Virus record (IMG/VR): IMGVR_UViG_651324052_000001
Span: 32,603-96,602 of that record
DNA: 64,000 bases
Reading direction: 5' to 3' (one strand)
Source: a virus
Taxonomy: Duplodnaviria; Heunggongvirae; Uroviricota; Caudoviricetes
A program made the translations under genes and the position numbers. This document shows, one piece after another, positions 1 through 9,088 of this stretch (position 1 is the stretch's first letter; each line of letters opens with the position of its first letter). The notes under the pieces were generated by a model. The model was not told the origin of the DNA and did no database searches. It saw only the letters and a list, made by a program, of their open reading frames with translations.

Positions 1-17
1 ACCCTGTGTTTTATAGG

Positions 18-1961
18 TTAATCTAAGTTTTTAAAAAATGCAAAAGCTCCTCCCCCAATTGAAAGCACTCCAAGTGGTGATACTGCTTTTACCAATCCGT
101 CAAATCCTTTAACTAACTGATTAATTAGTTGAACTGCGGATGTAATTTGTCCTGCATCTGCAAAGTTTGAAATAAATTGTTGCCAAGAGTTAGAAAGTTG
201 ATTTAAGCTTCCTTTCCAGTTATTTGCCGACTTTTCTGCTTCAATAGCTGCACTACCTGATCCTTCAGAATAATCTTTTAGCATTTTGTCATAATCTTGC
301 TGACCTGAAAGAATGGATGCGAGAACATTGGCATGATGTTTTTGACCGATATTATTTAAAATATCTGCTTTTTCGGTCGATCCATCTGGTAAAGCATTAT
401 ATACATCAGACAATTCTTTTAGTAATTCGATAGGTGTTTTTAAATATTCTGAGTCACCCACCATTTTTGTCATTGAAATCCCAACATTATCTAAAGTGCT
501 TACAACTTTATCGTTGGAAGTATTTGTTAAGTTGACAAATAAGGCTTTTAATGCGGTTCCAATTTCGTTCCCCGATTTTTTTGTTCTCGATACAGCTGTG
601 CCGACCAAAGCGGATAATTCGTTTACAGAAACACCTGTTTGCGCCGCCATAGAACCTGCCTGAGTCGTAGCTTCTGCAAGATCTGTCATTGAAACACTGT
701 TCCTGTTACTTATCATATTTTGCCCGTCAAGTACATCGTTCAATTTTTGAGCAGAGCCTGCATATTCGTAAGCAGCATTAGTAGCCAGCAGATAACTATT
801 AGCTGTATCAGCATTCATATCACCGGCAGCTTGTGCCAACACTGAGACATTTGCCATATCAACGCCCTGCTGTCCATAAAATCCGCTTCGACTCATTTCT
901 GTAACACCTTGTAAATAATCGGTTACAGTTTTACCATAATTACTTGCATATCCATAAGCATCTTGCCCTAACTGTTTTAGAGAAGAAGATGATAAATCAG
1001 ATGTTTTAGAAATTTCAGTAAGAATATCATCAACTTGTTTAAGTTGTTCAATTGATTGTGATATTGAGTCAATACCTCTTTCAATAACGCCGTATGTAGT
1101 TGCAAACTGCGCGATTTGCTTAAAACCTCTACCCAACTCATTGAGTACAGATCGACCAGTGACTCCTTCGGCTTCTGCACGAGCTTTGACGAGAGCGACT
1201 TGTTTATTTAAATCATTTAATTGCCATTTACTAGTCGCCTCTTGTTGTAATTTTGCTAGTTGTTGCAATTCCTGACGGTACGCTTTTGTAAGCTTTGTAT
1301 TTTTTTCTACAAATGAAATAGTTTTTTGACTTGCAATCAGACCTTCATTATGTTTTAATAATCCACTTTGTGAATTCGCTGCAATCTTAGTTTCGTTATT
1401 ACATTTTTCAATTGCTTTCTGAAGCCTATTGTAATCTTCAATAACGTCACTAATATTGCTATTACTTTTTAAATTAAAACTATCATCAAAATTACTTTTA
1501 AGTTTTTTTGATAAATCATTTACATTTTTTAATGATGATTCTAAATTTTTAAATTCACTACCATCTAAGCTATATTCAAGATTTTTGATTTGCTTATCTA
1601 AATTAGAAACGTCCAAATCGAATTTGCTTGTTGATAATTTTCTTTGAATGCCTTGTATAGTCTGTTCTGTTTGCTTGGCAGCATTTGCCTGTGCTTTACT
1701 TAAATCAAAGTCAAAACTAATTTTGTTTTTCTTATTGCTAATAGACGATTGAAAACCACTTGAAAATCTTCTTCCGGCTGACGATCCGGATCTTTCAATA
1801 TCTTTTATTAAATTCGGAATGCTAGAAGCATTAAATTTCGCATCATCTATTCCAAGTTTAATCGTATGTTCTTTTGCCGTTAATTTGTCCAGCTTCGCCT
1901 GCGCAGCATCTAGCGCAGAATCCTGAACTTTTGCAACGACATCAACTTCGTATTGACTCAT
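18..1961 (-). CDS. Phage tail tape measure protein, N-terminal part (likely exon 1 / split gene)
   Basis: 647 aa, helical, with a TP901-type TMP core (YGKTVTDYLQGVTEMSRSGF...IGTALKALF); follows tail genes; ends ...FAFFKNLD* 17 nt from the window edge. Confidence 0.85.
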   Translation of the reverse strand: MSQYEVDVVAKVQDSALDAAQAKLDKLTAKEHTIKLGIDDAKFNASSIPNLIKDIERSGSSAGRRFSSGFQSSISNKKNKISFDFDLSKAQANAAKQTEQTIQGIQRKLSTSKFDLDVSNLDKQIKNLEYSLDGSEFKNLESSLKNVNDLSKKLKSNFDDSFNLKSNSNISDVIEDYNRLQKAIEKCNNETKIAANSQSGLLKHNEGLIASQKTISFVEKNTKLTKAYRQELQQLAKLQQEATSKWQLNDLNKQVALVKARAEAEGVTGRSVLNELGRGFKQIAQFATTYGVIERGIDSISQSIEQLKQVDDILTEISKTSDLSSSSLKQLGQDAYGYASNYGKTVTDYLQGVTEMSRSGFYGQQGVDMANVSVLAQAAGDMNADTANSYLLATNAAYEYAGSAQKLNDVLDGQNMISNRNSVSMTDLAEATTQAGSMAAQTGVSVNELSALVGTAVSRTKKSGNEIGTALKALFVNLTNTSNDKVVSTLDNVGISMTKMVGDSEYLKTPIELLKELSDVYNALPDGSTEKADILNNIGQKHHANVLASILSGQQDYDKMLKDYSEGSGSAAIEAEKSANNWKGSLNQLSNSWQQFISNFADAGQITSAVQLINQLVKGFDGLVKAVSPLGVLSIGGGAFAFFKNLD

Positions 1962-2054
1962 GTTTTATAAATCACTCCTTTCATTTTTGAGCAAAATAAA
2001 AGCCCTCATGAAAGAGAGCATTAGTAGAAAACTATATTTATTTTTTGAAATGTT

Positions 2055-2171
2055 TGCTATAATGTAAATGGATATATGTCGATTGGATCCACCACAACCA
2101 ATCCGTCGCCACGGACATATATTTGGCGGTCTGTCTTAATAGACTCCTGTGGGAGCATACGATATGTATGC
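2055..2171 (+). promoter_or_regulatory. Extended -10 promoter plus multi-hairpin 5' leader of an antisense small-peptide gene
   Basis: TGCTATAAT at 2055-2063; stems GGATATATGTC/GACATATATTT, GATTGG/CCAATC, CTCC-TGTG-GGAG, GCATAC/GTATGC. Confidence 0.55.
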
Positions 2172-2275
2172 AAAAGCGTATAAATAGTACAGAACAGAAA
2201 GGAAAACTATAATTGAAACATTATTTAAAAAACATTTGCATCCCTTTCGTATTATTGTGCAGAAAGGGGTGTGGA

Positions 2276-2416
2276 ATGACGACGATTATAATTTTAAGTC
2301 TAATTGCCATAATATTAGTTCTTATAATTATTCTTGTTTTTGTTTCTAATGCATTTCGTAAGAATGTAAAAGAAATGAGATATAAGATTCAGTTTGCAAA
2401 AAAATGTGAAATTTGA
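2276..2416 (+). CDS. Small single-TM peptide antisense to the late operon (type I toxin-like or moron)
   Basis: SD AAAGGGGTG, ATG at 2276; MTTIIILSLIAIILVLIIILVFVSNAFRK...; removing one T at 2412-2414 extends it to ...CEIEIFASFRNCIND. Confidence 0.6.
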   Translation: MTTIIILSLIAIILVLIIILVFVSNAFRKNVKEMRYKIQFAKKCEI

Positions 2417-2510
2417 AATCTTTGCGTCATTTAGAAATTGCATCAACGATTGATTATAGTTTTTCAATTTGAGAGATTTGTGCTAAATTTTATCATTAGT
2501 TCCTTAAAAT

Positions 2511-2535
2511 CCTAGGATGCTATCCGCGTCCTAGG
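2511..2535. terminator. Bidirectional terminator-like hairpin
   Basis: CCTAGGATGC-TATCC-GCGTCCTAGG between convergent genes. Confidence 0.55.
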
Positions 2536-2552
2536 TAATTGTGTTTCCTATA

Positions 2553-2954
2553 TCACTTTAAGAATTTCGCCATGTTTCTGTCCACAATTTCAGGTATAGC
2601 ATTTCTTGTTGCCTCAAAATATCTGTGATTTCCCAATGTATTTCCAAATGAACCGGTTTCTGTTGCCTCAATGACATCTGCTCCAGAAAAATTACCAGTA
2701 TGATAAGCAATACTTTCTTCCATTTCTGCTTTAAATTTAAACAAATTTCCACCGCCAGACACAGGAGTGGTATTAGGTGATTCTAATAAAGTACCTGTTC
2801 TATCGTATTTTACAGGATTCCCAATGTCATAATATCCAATTACATTATCTTCAAATTTAACTTTGACTTCATCTCTTGCAGCATTCATTCCTGAACGCAC
2901 ATCTTTTTCAATTAACTTTTTCACTTCTAAAAAACTTGATACTTTTTTAGCCAT
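2553..2954 (-). CDS. Putative tail completion/neck protein
   Basis: 133 aa with SD, immediately upstream of TMP; YDRTGTLLES motif typical of gp10-like proteins. Confidence 0.5.
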   Translation of the reverse strand: MAKKVSSFLEVKKLIEKDVRSGMNAARDEVKVKFEDNVIGYYDIGNPVKYDRTGTLLESPNTTPVSGGGNLFKFKAEMEESIAYHTGNFSGADVIEATETGSFGNTLGNHRYFEATRNAIPEIVDRNMAKFLK

Positions 2955-2965
2955 AAAACACCTAT

Positions 2966-3625
2966 TTAATTAGGAAGATTTTCACCAGTAGAATGAATAG
3001 CCAATGCTCTTTCAAGCACCTGTCTAGCTTTATCATCTCCGACAATCTTAGAAAATTCTCGAATCTGTTCATTCTTTACATCCAAAACTTCCTTGTCTTT
3101 TTCTTTTTTTAAATCACTATGTAAAAATGAGTTTACGATATTATCAGCTGTAAGCCCGGACTCATTAAACTTCTTCATAAACTCATTAATCTCGTTTGGT
3201 TTTAATTGATCAAGAAAAGAAGTAATGCCAGTGGCTAATACATCTAATAGATTTGAAAGTGAATCCTTTTTGTTAGATAAATCATTCAAATATTTCTGTT
3301 TCACAAAATTAACTTTATCAATAACATTCTCTTCGACGAATGTAATAATTGAATGATTTTCTTTTCTGAAATTTTTGATCAAATCCATTACTTCATCATC
3401 TTCTGAAATAGAAGAGTAGATGTATTCACCTTCATCGAATTCTAATCCTTCGAAGAAATATTTTACATAAGCTTCCATAGTTGCGATTCTATAAAAGTAT
3501 GGAGTATAATCATCAATATATCCGTCATCGTCAAATGAAAAGTGGCTACTTACAATATACTCAATGGCGTTTACTTTATCTGCAAAAGAAATATTTTCTT
3601 TAATTTTCATATTTGTTTTTCTCAT
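2966..3625 (-). CDS. Phage hypothetical protein (tail region, possible assembly chaperone)
   Basis: 219 aa acidic ORF with AGGAG SD in the late operon. Confidence 0.55.
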   Translation of the reverse strand: MRKTNMKIKENISFADKVNAIEYIVSSHFSFDDDGYIDDYTPYFYRIATMEAYVKYFFEGLEFDEGEYIYSSISEDDEVMDLIKNFRKENHSIITFVEENVIDKVNFVKQKYLNDLSNKKDSLSNLLDVLATGITSFLDQLKPNEINEFMKKFNESGLTADNIVNSFLHSDLKKEKDKEVLDVKNEQIREFSKIVGDDKARQVLERALAIHSTGENLPN

Positions 3626-3698
3626 GTTTTTAAATCTCCTTTAAAATAAAATTATAAACTTTGAACAAATGTTCCGACTTCCAAAATCTTCCTGAAAG

Positions 3699-3898
3699 TG
3701 CTACACTACAATTATGTAAGGAGTCACGAGCGCACCGTGGCTGTTGCGCCCTTACAAAAAATAATCACCTCGATCAGGTTATAATAGGTCAGAAAGTAAG
3801 GTGTATTACAATCAGAAGTTATTACAATTCTGAGCGATCTGCTCATTCTGATTTCCCCATGACAATAGATGATTCTTTCATCAGAGGGGAGGTGAAGG
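3699..3898 (+). promoter_or_regulatory. Promoter plus pseudoknotted leader that sequesters the SD of the 3899 peptide
   Basis: TGCTACACT at 3699; GTAAGG/CCTTAC stem enclosing GTCACG/CGTGGC, whose loop GCGCA pairs with TGCGC; TCACCTC (3765-3771) is complementary to SD GAGGTGA (3889-3895). Confidence 0.55.
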
Positions 3899-4093
3899 GT
3901 GCATTCAGATCGAAAAAACAAATTCCGATTTTCAAAACTTGCAATTGTTTCTACATTTATATCAGTGACAAGTATTGCAATTGTCTATCTGATATTATGC
4001 AATCATCCGAAATCACTTAATGCATTAATTGATTTCAAAAATGGCTGTATTGAAGTAAGCTGTGACTTTGAAAGTCAGAAAAATACGAAGTGA
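3899..4093 (+). CDS. Small single-TM peptide antisense to the late operon (type I toxin-like)
   Basis: GGGGAGGTGA SD, GTG start; hydrophobic LAIVSTFISVTSIAIVYLIL; terminator GGCAGTG/CACTGCC at 4115-4135. Confidence 0.6.
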   Translation: MHSDRKNKFRFSKLAIVSTFISVTSIAIVYLILCNHPKSLNALIDFKNGCIEVSCDFESQKNTK

Positions 4094-4285
4094 TAAGATT
4101 CGTATAGTTTATATGGCAGTGCTTATCACACTGCCAAAATTTATATTATAATGTTACTGTTTTAATAAACATATCTTTTAATTCTCTTTATACTCACAAA
4201 CAAAAACGAAAAATTATTTTATTTTTTGACATCAAAAAAGAGCCGACTTTAATCGACTCTTTGATACATTTTATTTAGTTTATTC

Positions 4286-4597
4286 CTATTCAGAATCAAC
4301 AGAAGATGATGCTTTATTTGAACTATCTCCGATAAGTAGTTCTTTGATTTCATCTAAACTATATTCTGATTCGGAAATTAATTCAGCAATTTCTCTTGTG
4401 CGAATAGCCTTTTCTTGTTCTTTCTTCCATTCATCATAAGAAATTTTATCACGTTCTATTTTTTTCAATTCTGCTTTTTTATCTTTTATTTGTATTTTAA
4501 TAACATTTGCTTTTTGAGAAAGAACTTCGAGTTCCTGTTGCACTTTTGTAATCGCTTCATCATAATTAATTTCGACAATTTTTTTAGGTCTAGCCAT
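4286..4597 (-). CDS. Coiled-coil hypothetical protein
   Basis: 103 aa, GGAGGG SD. Confidence 0.6.
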   Translation of the reverse strand: MARPKKIVEINYDEAITKVQQELEVLSQKANVIKIQIKDKKAELKKIERDKISYDEWKKEQEKAIRTREIAELISESEYSLDEIKELLIGDSSNKASSSVDSE

Positions 4598-4676
4598 AAT
4601 TTATCCCTCCTATTTAATTTGATAATTTTACATTATCACAAAATAGAAGAATAGTAAATAGAATATATTAGTTTAA

Positions 4677-5120
4677 TTAATTCTTTTGATTACGTTTTTC
4701 TTCTCGTTTAAGTCGTTTATATTCTTCATATTCAATCCAGCCTCCAAATTTTTTTACCCAAGTAACCCATTTATAATCAACTTCCGGAAACTTGTACCAA
4801 AACAGTTTTCTTTTCAATAGGGCTACCGAATCGGGACATCCTTTAGTATCAATGACTTCTTCATGTCCGTCTTTATAAACAATAAAAAAGTCAGCCACAT
4901 ACTTAATTGGCTGAACAGATTTTCCGCCATGACGAAACTTTGGTTGCAATTCATATGGCTTTTGCAATTCATATTTAACCACATCACCGCTCTCCACTTT
5001 CGGGCAAAGAACGTCACGATAATATTTCATCTCTAATATAGAATCAAATACGATCCCATCGCATGTACGTTTACTTTTATCTTTATCTACATTAAATTTT
5101 GATTTTGTAATTTTTATCAC
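4677..5120 (-). CDS. DUF1064-family PD-(D/E)XK nuclease (resolvase-like)
   Basis: FDSILE...YELQ...YVADF...VIDTKG motif; likely start is ATT at 5111. Confidence 0.75.
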   Translation of the reverse strand: MIKITKSKFNVDKDKSKRTCDGIVFDSILEMKYYRDVLCPKVESGDVVKYELQKPYELQPKFRHGGKSVQPIKYVADFFIVYKDGHEEVIDTKGCPDSVALLKRKLFWYKFPEVDYKWVTWVKKFGGWIEYEEYKRLKREEKRNQKN

Positions 5121-5167
5121 CTCTTTACATAAGAAGAGAAGCTACCATAAAGTAACCTCTCAACTTA

Positions 5168-5853
5168 TTATTTTCCAGATTTTCCTTCTTCATAAATTGG
5201 ATTAATTTTAATAGGCAAAACAGGCAGGTGCTCTTTTACATATTTGTATTTTTCTGTTCTGCCGTGATTCCCTTTTAATTCGTTGTGATAAGCATTCCAC
5301 AGACCGTCAAATTCTGCAACTTCATTTTCAGGAATACCTTTCATCGCAATGTATTTACTGAATCTCTGATCAATCTTATCACCAAGAAGTTCCATTGTTC
5401 CACACATAAGTGCCTTGATTTGTTCTTTTCTTTCAACAGCACCTTCGGCTAATTTGTCAATGGAACAATTTAATTCTTTCCTGATCTCTTTAGATTTTTC
5501 TCGATCATCTATTCTATTTTGAGCATATGTGTTTAGTTGTTTTTTTGTTCTACAAGTGCATTCTTTAATTCATTAGCAAATTCTTCAATTTCTTGTCTGA
5601 TTTCTTCATCATGTTTATCAGAACGGATACGATCTTCTTCTTGCTTTTCTTGCAATTTACTAAGATTCTCAGATGTTTTTACTAATAACTCATGTTCTTC
5701 ACGTCTCTGTCTAATATGAGTAAACTCAATTCCAAATGTATTTCCAATTTTAACAGCTAATTCATACATGAAAACAAGTGCTAAACCAGCAATTATCAAG
5801 CCTAAAGTAAAGGCAACTAAATCCATTTCAAAGAATCTTTCAACATATTCCAT
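5168..5853 (-). CDS. Membrane-anchored coiled-coil protein (lysis-region accessory), split by a -1 frameshift at A7 (5540-5546)
   Basis: 5533..5853 has an N-terminal TM; adding one A joins it through an open frame (QLNTYAQNRIDD...) to ORF 5168..5407. Confidence 0.6.
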
Positions 5854-5867
5854 GATTTAGTTCCTTT

Positions 5868-6164
5868 CTACTTTTTAATATCAATCTCTTTACGTTTTGG
5901 GACATTGTAAGTCATTGCCGTTTTACTATCAGAAAAACCTTTAGTTGTTGGATCAGTAATAGCGTTAAAAAAAGATACGGCAGCAATTAATACCACATAA
6001 GGATTGCTGATTGCATCAAGAAGTGTTTTCCATACCATGCCCCATGTTGTTAAATCAGAAGCCTGTAAGCCAAAATATCCAAGTACAGGAGCAACAACAG
6101 ACAAAACAACTTGAGCAATAAATAAAATATTTTCTTTGTTAAATCTAACTTTCCAGTTAATCAT
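5868..6164 (-). CDS. Phage holin (phiLC3-like)
   Basis: MINWKVRF...two TM helices...NPY...DPTTKGFSDS signature. Confidence 0.85.
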   Translation of the reverse strand: MINWKVRFNKENILFIAQVVLSVVAPVLGYFGLQASDLTTWGMVWKTLLDAISNPYVVLIAAVSFFNAITDPTTKGFSDSKTAMTYNVPKRKEIDIKK

Positions 6165-6286
6165 AATTAATTCCTTTCTAAAATAGGAGAGTGGTAGTCC
6201 TTTAATACTATTGTCGATTTGCTGCGTGAAACCAACTCAAAAATATGACATCCACTTTTATATTCATCATCTTGAATAACCTATAT

Positions 6287-6475
6287 TTAATTTGTATAAT
6301 TGTTCCAGAACTTAGATAAAGCAATTCCAAGTTCTTTTGTTTTCTTATATTTCCATACAGTCACACTGTTTTCTGTTTTTACGAATGTGTATCTAATACC
6401 GCATTCCGATAAAAAACATACTTCCTGTGGAGAATCAGTACGATATTCTCTATCAAATTTCTTTATTTTCATCAC
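6287..6475 (-). CDS. Small DUF5659-like protein (copy 1)
   Basis: FLSECGIRYTF...VWKYKKTKEL pattern shared with ORFs at 11074 and 14108; likely ATA start at 6466. Confidence 0.55.
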   Translation of the reverse strand: MMKIKKFDREYRTDSPQEVCFLSECGIRYTFVKTENSVTVWKYKKTKELGIALSKFWNNYTN

Positions 6476-6497
6476 TCCTAGCTTTAGCGATGAGAGT

Positions 6498-6560
6498 AAA
6501 AAAATGGGGTAAACACCAATGATAGATATTTACCCCATACACACACTAAATATCTATCAC
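6498..6560 (-). terminator. Terminator/antiterminator pair upstream of the holin module
   Basis: Minus strand: TGATAGATATTTA/TAAATATCTATCA hairpin overlaps ATGGGGTAAA/TTTACCCCAT + T7. Confidence 0.6.
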
Positions 6561-6567
6561 TCTTATT

Positions 6568-6918
6568 TTACGAATTTGCCATAATCCCTTGCTTTTTAAG
6601 TTCAGCAAGAATTGCATTAATCTTATTTTTTAAATCAGTCGTTGTTTCCGTAGATAAGTCTTGAATTAGAGCCATTTGTTTTACTCCACCAAGAGTTGTT
6701 TTGTTTGCTGCCGGAAGAACATACTTATTTGCCTGCAATGCAATACCATCAAGCTTCGATTTATCCTCTTTAGATATAAAACCATCTTTAGAACCTGCAA
6801 CAGCATTTACTGCCTTAGCATCTAATGCGGCGATACCATTTTCGATATTATTCATAGCATCCTGAGTAATAATTTCATCATTACTCCATGTTTTTTTCGA
6901 ATAAGCCATTTTACTCAC
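6568..6918 (-). CDS. Head-fibre-like structural protein
   Basis: YSKKTW...MNNIENGI and YVLPAANKTTLGGVK motifs. Confidence 0.6.
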   Translation of the reverse strand: MSKMAYSKKTWSNDEIITQDAMNNIENGIAALDAKAVNAVAGSKDGFISKEDKSKLDGIALQANKYVLPAANKTTLGGVKQMALIQDLSTETTTDLKNKINAILAELKKQGIMANS

Positions 6919-6991
6919 ATCCTTTATTCTGATTTGCCAACTTTTGCCTTACCGATTTTACCCCTACCTATTAAGGCATTATCAGCAGGGG

Positions 6992-7762
6992 TTACGGTTC
7001 CCCCACTGATTCATCCGGAAGGAGTGTTAAGTCAAGCATGTTTCCATCATCATCAACCATCATGTCGCAAGTTAATGTTACCGTACCCGGATCTCCTGAA
7101 CTTGCAAAAGAAAGGGACATATTTGCCTGTGGAATTAATTTATATGCTTTAAACAAATAAGGCATAATATCTTCATCTGTTGTTCTCATCTGTGTATCTC
7201 CATAAACAGTAAATGCCTTCGGGAAGCTTGTGGATTTAATATTGATGTTATATACGTCTGATCTTTCTGTAAGGTAGAACACAACAACTTCATTTCCAAC
7301 TTCACCGGATTCTAATGTAATTTCCTGTGCAGATACAGAAGTCACTTTTAATTCTGTTTCTAAATTTGCGTCATCGGCAGCATATACCCAAACTGTATCC
7401 TTCTTGAGAGTTGCTTTCTTATTTGAAACATTCACCTTATTAGATGCTTCAATTTTACATTTTTCTCTTTGCATAATATTTGCAGTCTTAGAAACCTTAC
7501 CACCAGTCATCAATTCCCAGAGTTTAGGAGTTTGAATTTGTGTTTCAATAGTGAGTGTACCAGCTCTTTCTCCAGAGAATGTAATTTTCTTCGGATGTCC
7601 CTTACCTCCATAAGCAAACACGTTTTCACCAGTTAATTCCTGGCTTGATGTATTAGCATAATCACAGAAAAGGAAAGGTTTCTTTGTTTTGTAATCTACA
7701 AAGACTAAATCGCATACCTCGCGGTTAGCCATCTGTTTTCCAAAAATATTAGCCATTGTCAA
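6992..7762 (-). CDS. Major tail (tube) protein; possible -1 extension to 6924
   Basis: 256 aa in the position after the tail terminator; beta-rich, ends ...SGDPGTVTLTCDMM; the -1 frame at GGGGG (7000-7004) adds TVTPADNALIGRGKIGKAKVGKSE. Confidence 0.75.
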   Translation of the reverse strand: MTMANIFGKQMANREVCDLVFVDYKTKKPFLFCDYANTSSQELTGENVFAYGGKGHPKKITFSGERAGTLTIETQIQTPKLWELMTGGKVSKTANIMQREKCKIEASNKVNVSNKKATLKKDTVWVYAADDANLETELKVTSVSAQEITLESGEVGNEVVVFYLTERSDVYNINIKSTSFPKAFTVYGDTQMRTTDEDIMPYLFKAYKLIPQANMSLSFASSGDPGTVTLTCDMMVDDDGNMLDLTLLPDESVGEP

Positions 7763-7809
7763 TGACCTCCTTTTTCTTTGTAATAAAAAAACACTGATTA
7801 TTCAGTGCT

Positions 7810-8595
7810 TTAATCTTTTTCATATATATTTGAACTCCAAGTTCCAAACTTGAATTTCTTTTCTTTGTCTCCCCACACAGCCACTTGTGTAGAAAATACG
7901 TCATATTGATCTATAATTTGCAGTCGTTCAAAGGCATCAAATAGTTGAAAGACTGTAATATCCCATATTGTATTCCAGTTTAAGTTATTACTTTTTGCAG
8001 CAACAGACGAAATAATATTAGGAAGACTCAATGAGGAATTTCCGCCAGTCTTCTTATTGAATTTTTTTCGACCTTTATGAATTTTTAAATAAATCTTCAA
8101 ACCACGTTTATTTTTGACCTTGCTTAAATCATCAACTTCATTTTCGTCCTTTGTAATATGAACGCGCTGCAATATAATATCGGTAATATCCGAATAATTC
8201 TCTTTGTTAATCATTCCTGTTACAAAATATTCAGGCTCGATTCCGGGTTCCACTTGTAAAGTAGACATAGAGATAAATGATTCGTATTCGTCATACCATT
8301 TAAAAGTTTCTTCAAAAAAGAAATTTAAAGCAGCACAAATTATGTTACGAAAACTTTGATCCAAAAGTAATAAATCATATTTTGTAGTAGCAATCATTTC
8401 TTGGATTTGGTCTGTATTGTTTTCGTTCAAATTATCATAGTAATCAATGGGTTTCATTTTGAGAAATGTCACATATTGAGCATATGTGAAATATGAAATT
8501 TCTGCGATTTCTTTCAATTTTGGTGATTTGATATGACCTACTTTATATATTTCAAGTGGGAGAGGAGATATTAAATCGAAATAATCTAGTTTCAT
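7810..8595 (-). CDS. Phage hypothetical protein (tail assembly region)
   Basis: 261 aa in the late operon. Confidence 0.55.
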   Translation of the reverse strand: MKLDYFDLISPLPLEIYKVGHIKSPKLKEIAEISYFTYAQYVTFLKMKPIDYYDNLNENNTDQIQEMIATTKYDLLLLDQSFRNIICAALNFFFEETFKWYDEYESFISMSTLQVEPGIEPEYFVTGMINKENYSDITDIILQRVHITKDENEVDDLSKVKNKRGLKIYLKIHKGRKKFNKKTGGNSSLSLPNIISSVAAKSNNLNWNTIWDITVFQLFDAFERLQIIDQYDVFSTQVAVWGDKEKKFKFGTWSSNIYEKD

Positions 8596-8597
8596 AA

Positions 8598-9077
8598 TTA
8601 AACTTTCTTAAATTTGAAATCCGATGTTTCAAATGTTAATTGTCTCCCGTAATATTTATTGTTGGGAAAGTAATATCCCACAGACTTTAGAGTTAATTCT
8701 CCTATTCCATATTTATTTGTGTTTTGCAATTGTCGTTCAACCATATCCGATAATATATCGACTCTTGTACCCAAATATCCATCTTTATGATATTCCATAC
8801 AATCCTTGTGGCAATATGCATAAATAGTCACATACATGGTTTTCATAGTACGAGACTGTTGTCCGTAACTAACCTCAACACAAAGGTATGGTTGTGCCTC
8901 TATTTGTGTTTCGTCAATATATAAATATGGGAATATTTGAGAGTAAATCAAATTATCTACTTCGTCTTGAGTATAATTTTCGCCTAGTAAAAGTTCGCAA
9001 ATATCTGGAGAATCTAAGAAAGACAACAGGAGATTGGTCTTAAAAATACCTATATCTTTTAAAACAGTTTTACTCAT
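8598..9077 (-). CDS. Putative tail terminator
   Basis: 159 aa, position between neck and tail tube genes. Confidence 0.5.
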   Translation of the reverse strand: MSKTVLKDIGIFKTNLLLSFLDSPDICELLLGENYTQDEVDNLIYSQIFPYLYIDETQIEAQPYLCVEVSYGQQSRTMKTMYVTIYAYCHKDCMEYHKDGYLGTRVDILSDMVERQLQNTNKYGIGELTLKSVGYYFPNNKYYGRQLTFETSDFKFKKV

Positions 9078-9088
9078 TTTAAGTCCTC

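Noticed and set aside
5168-5407. Stand-alone 79-aa gene
   Set aside because: No SD; the frame stays open upstream to 5533, so it is the C-terminal part of 5533..5853.
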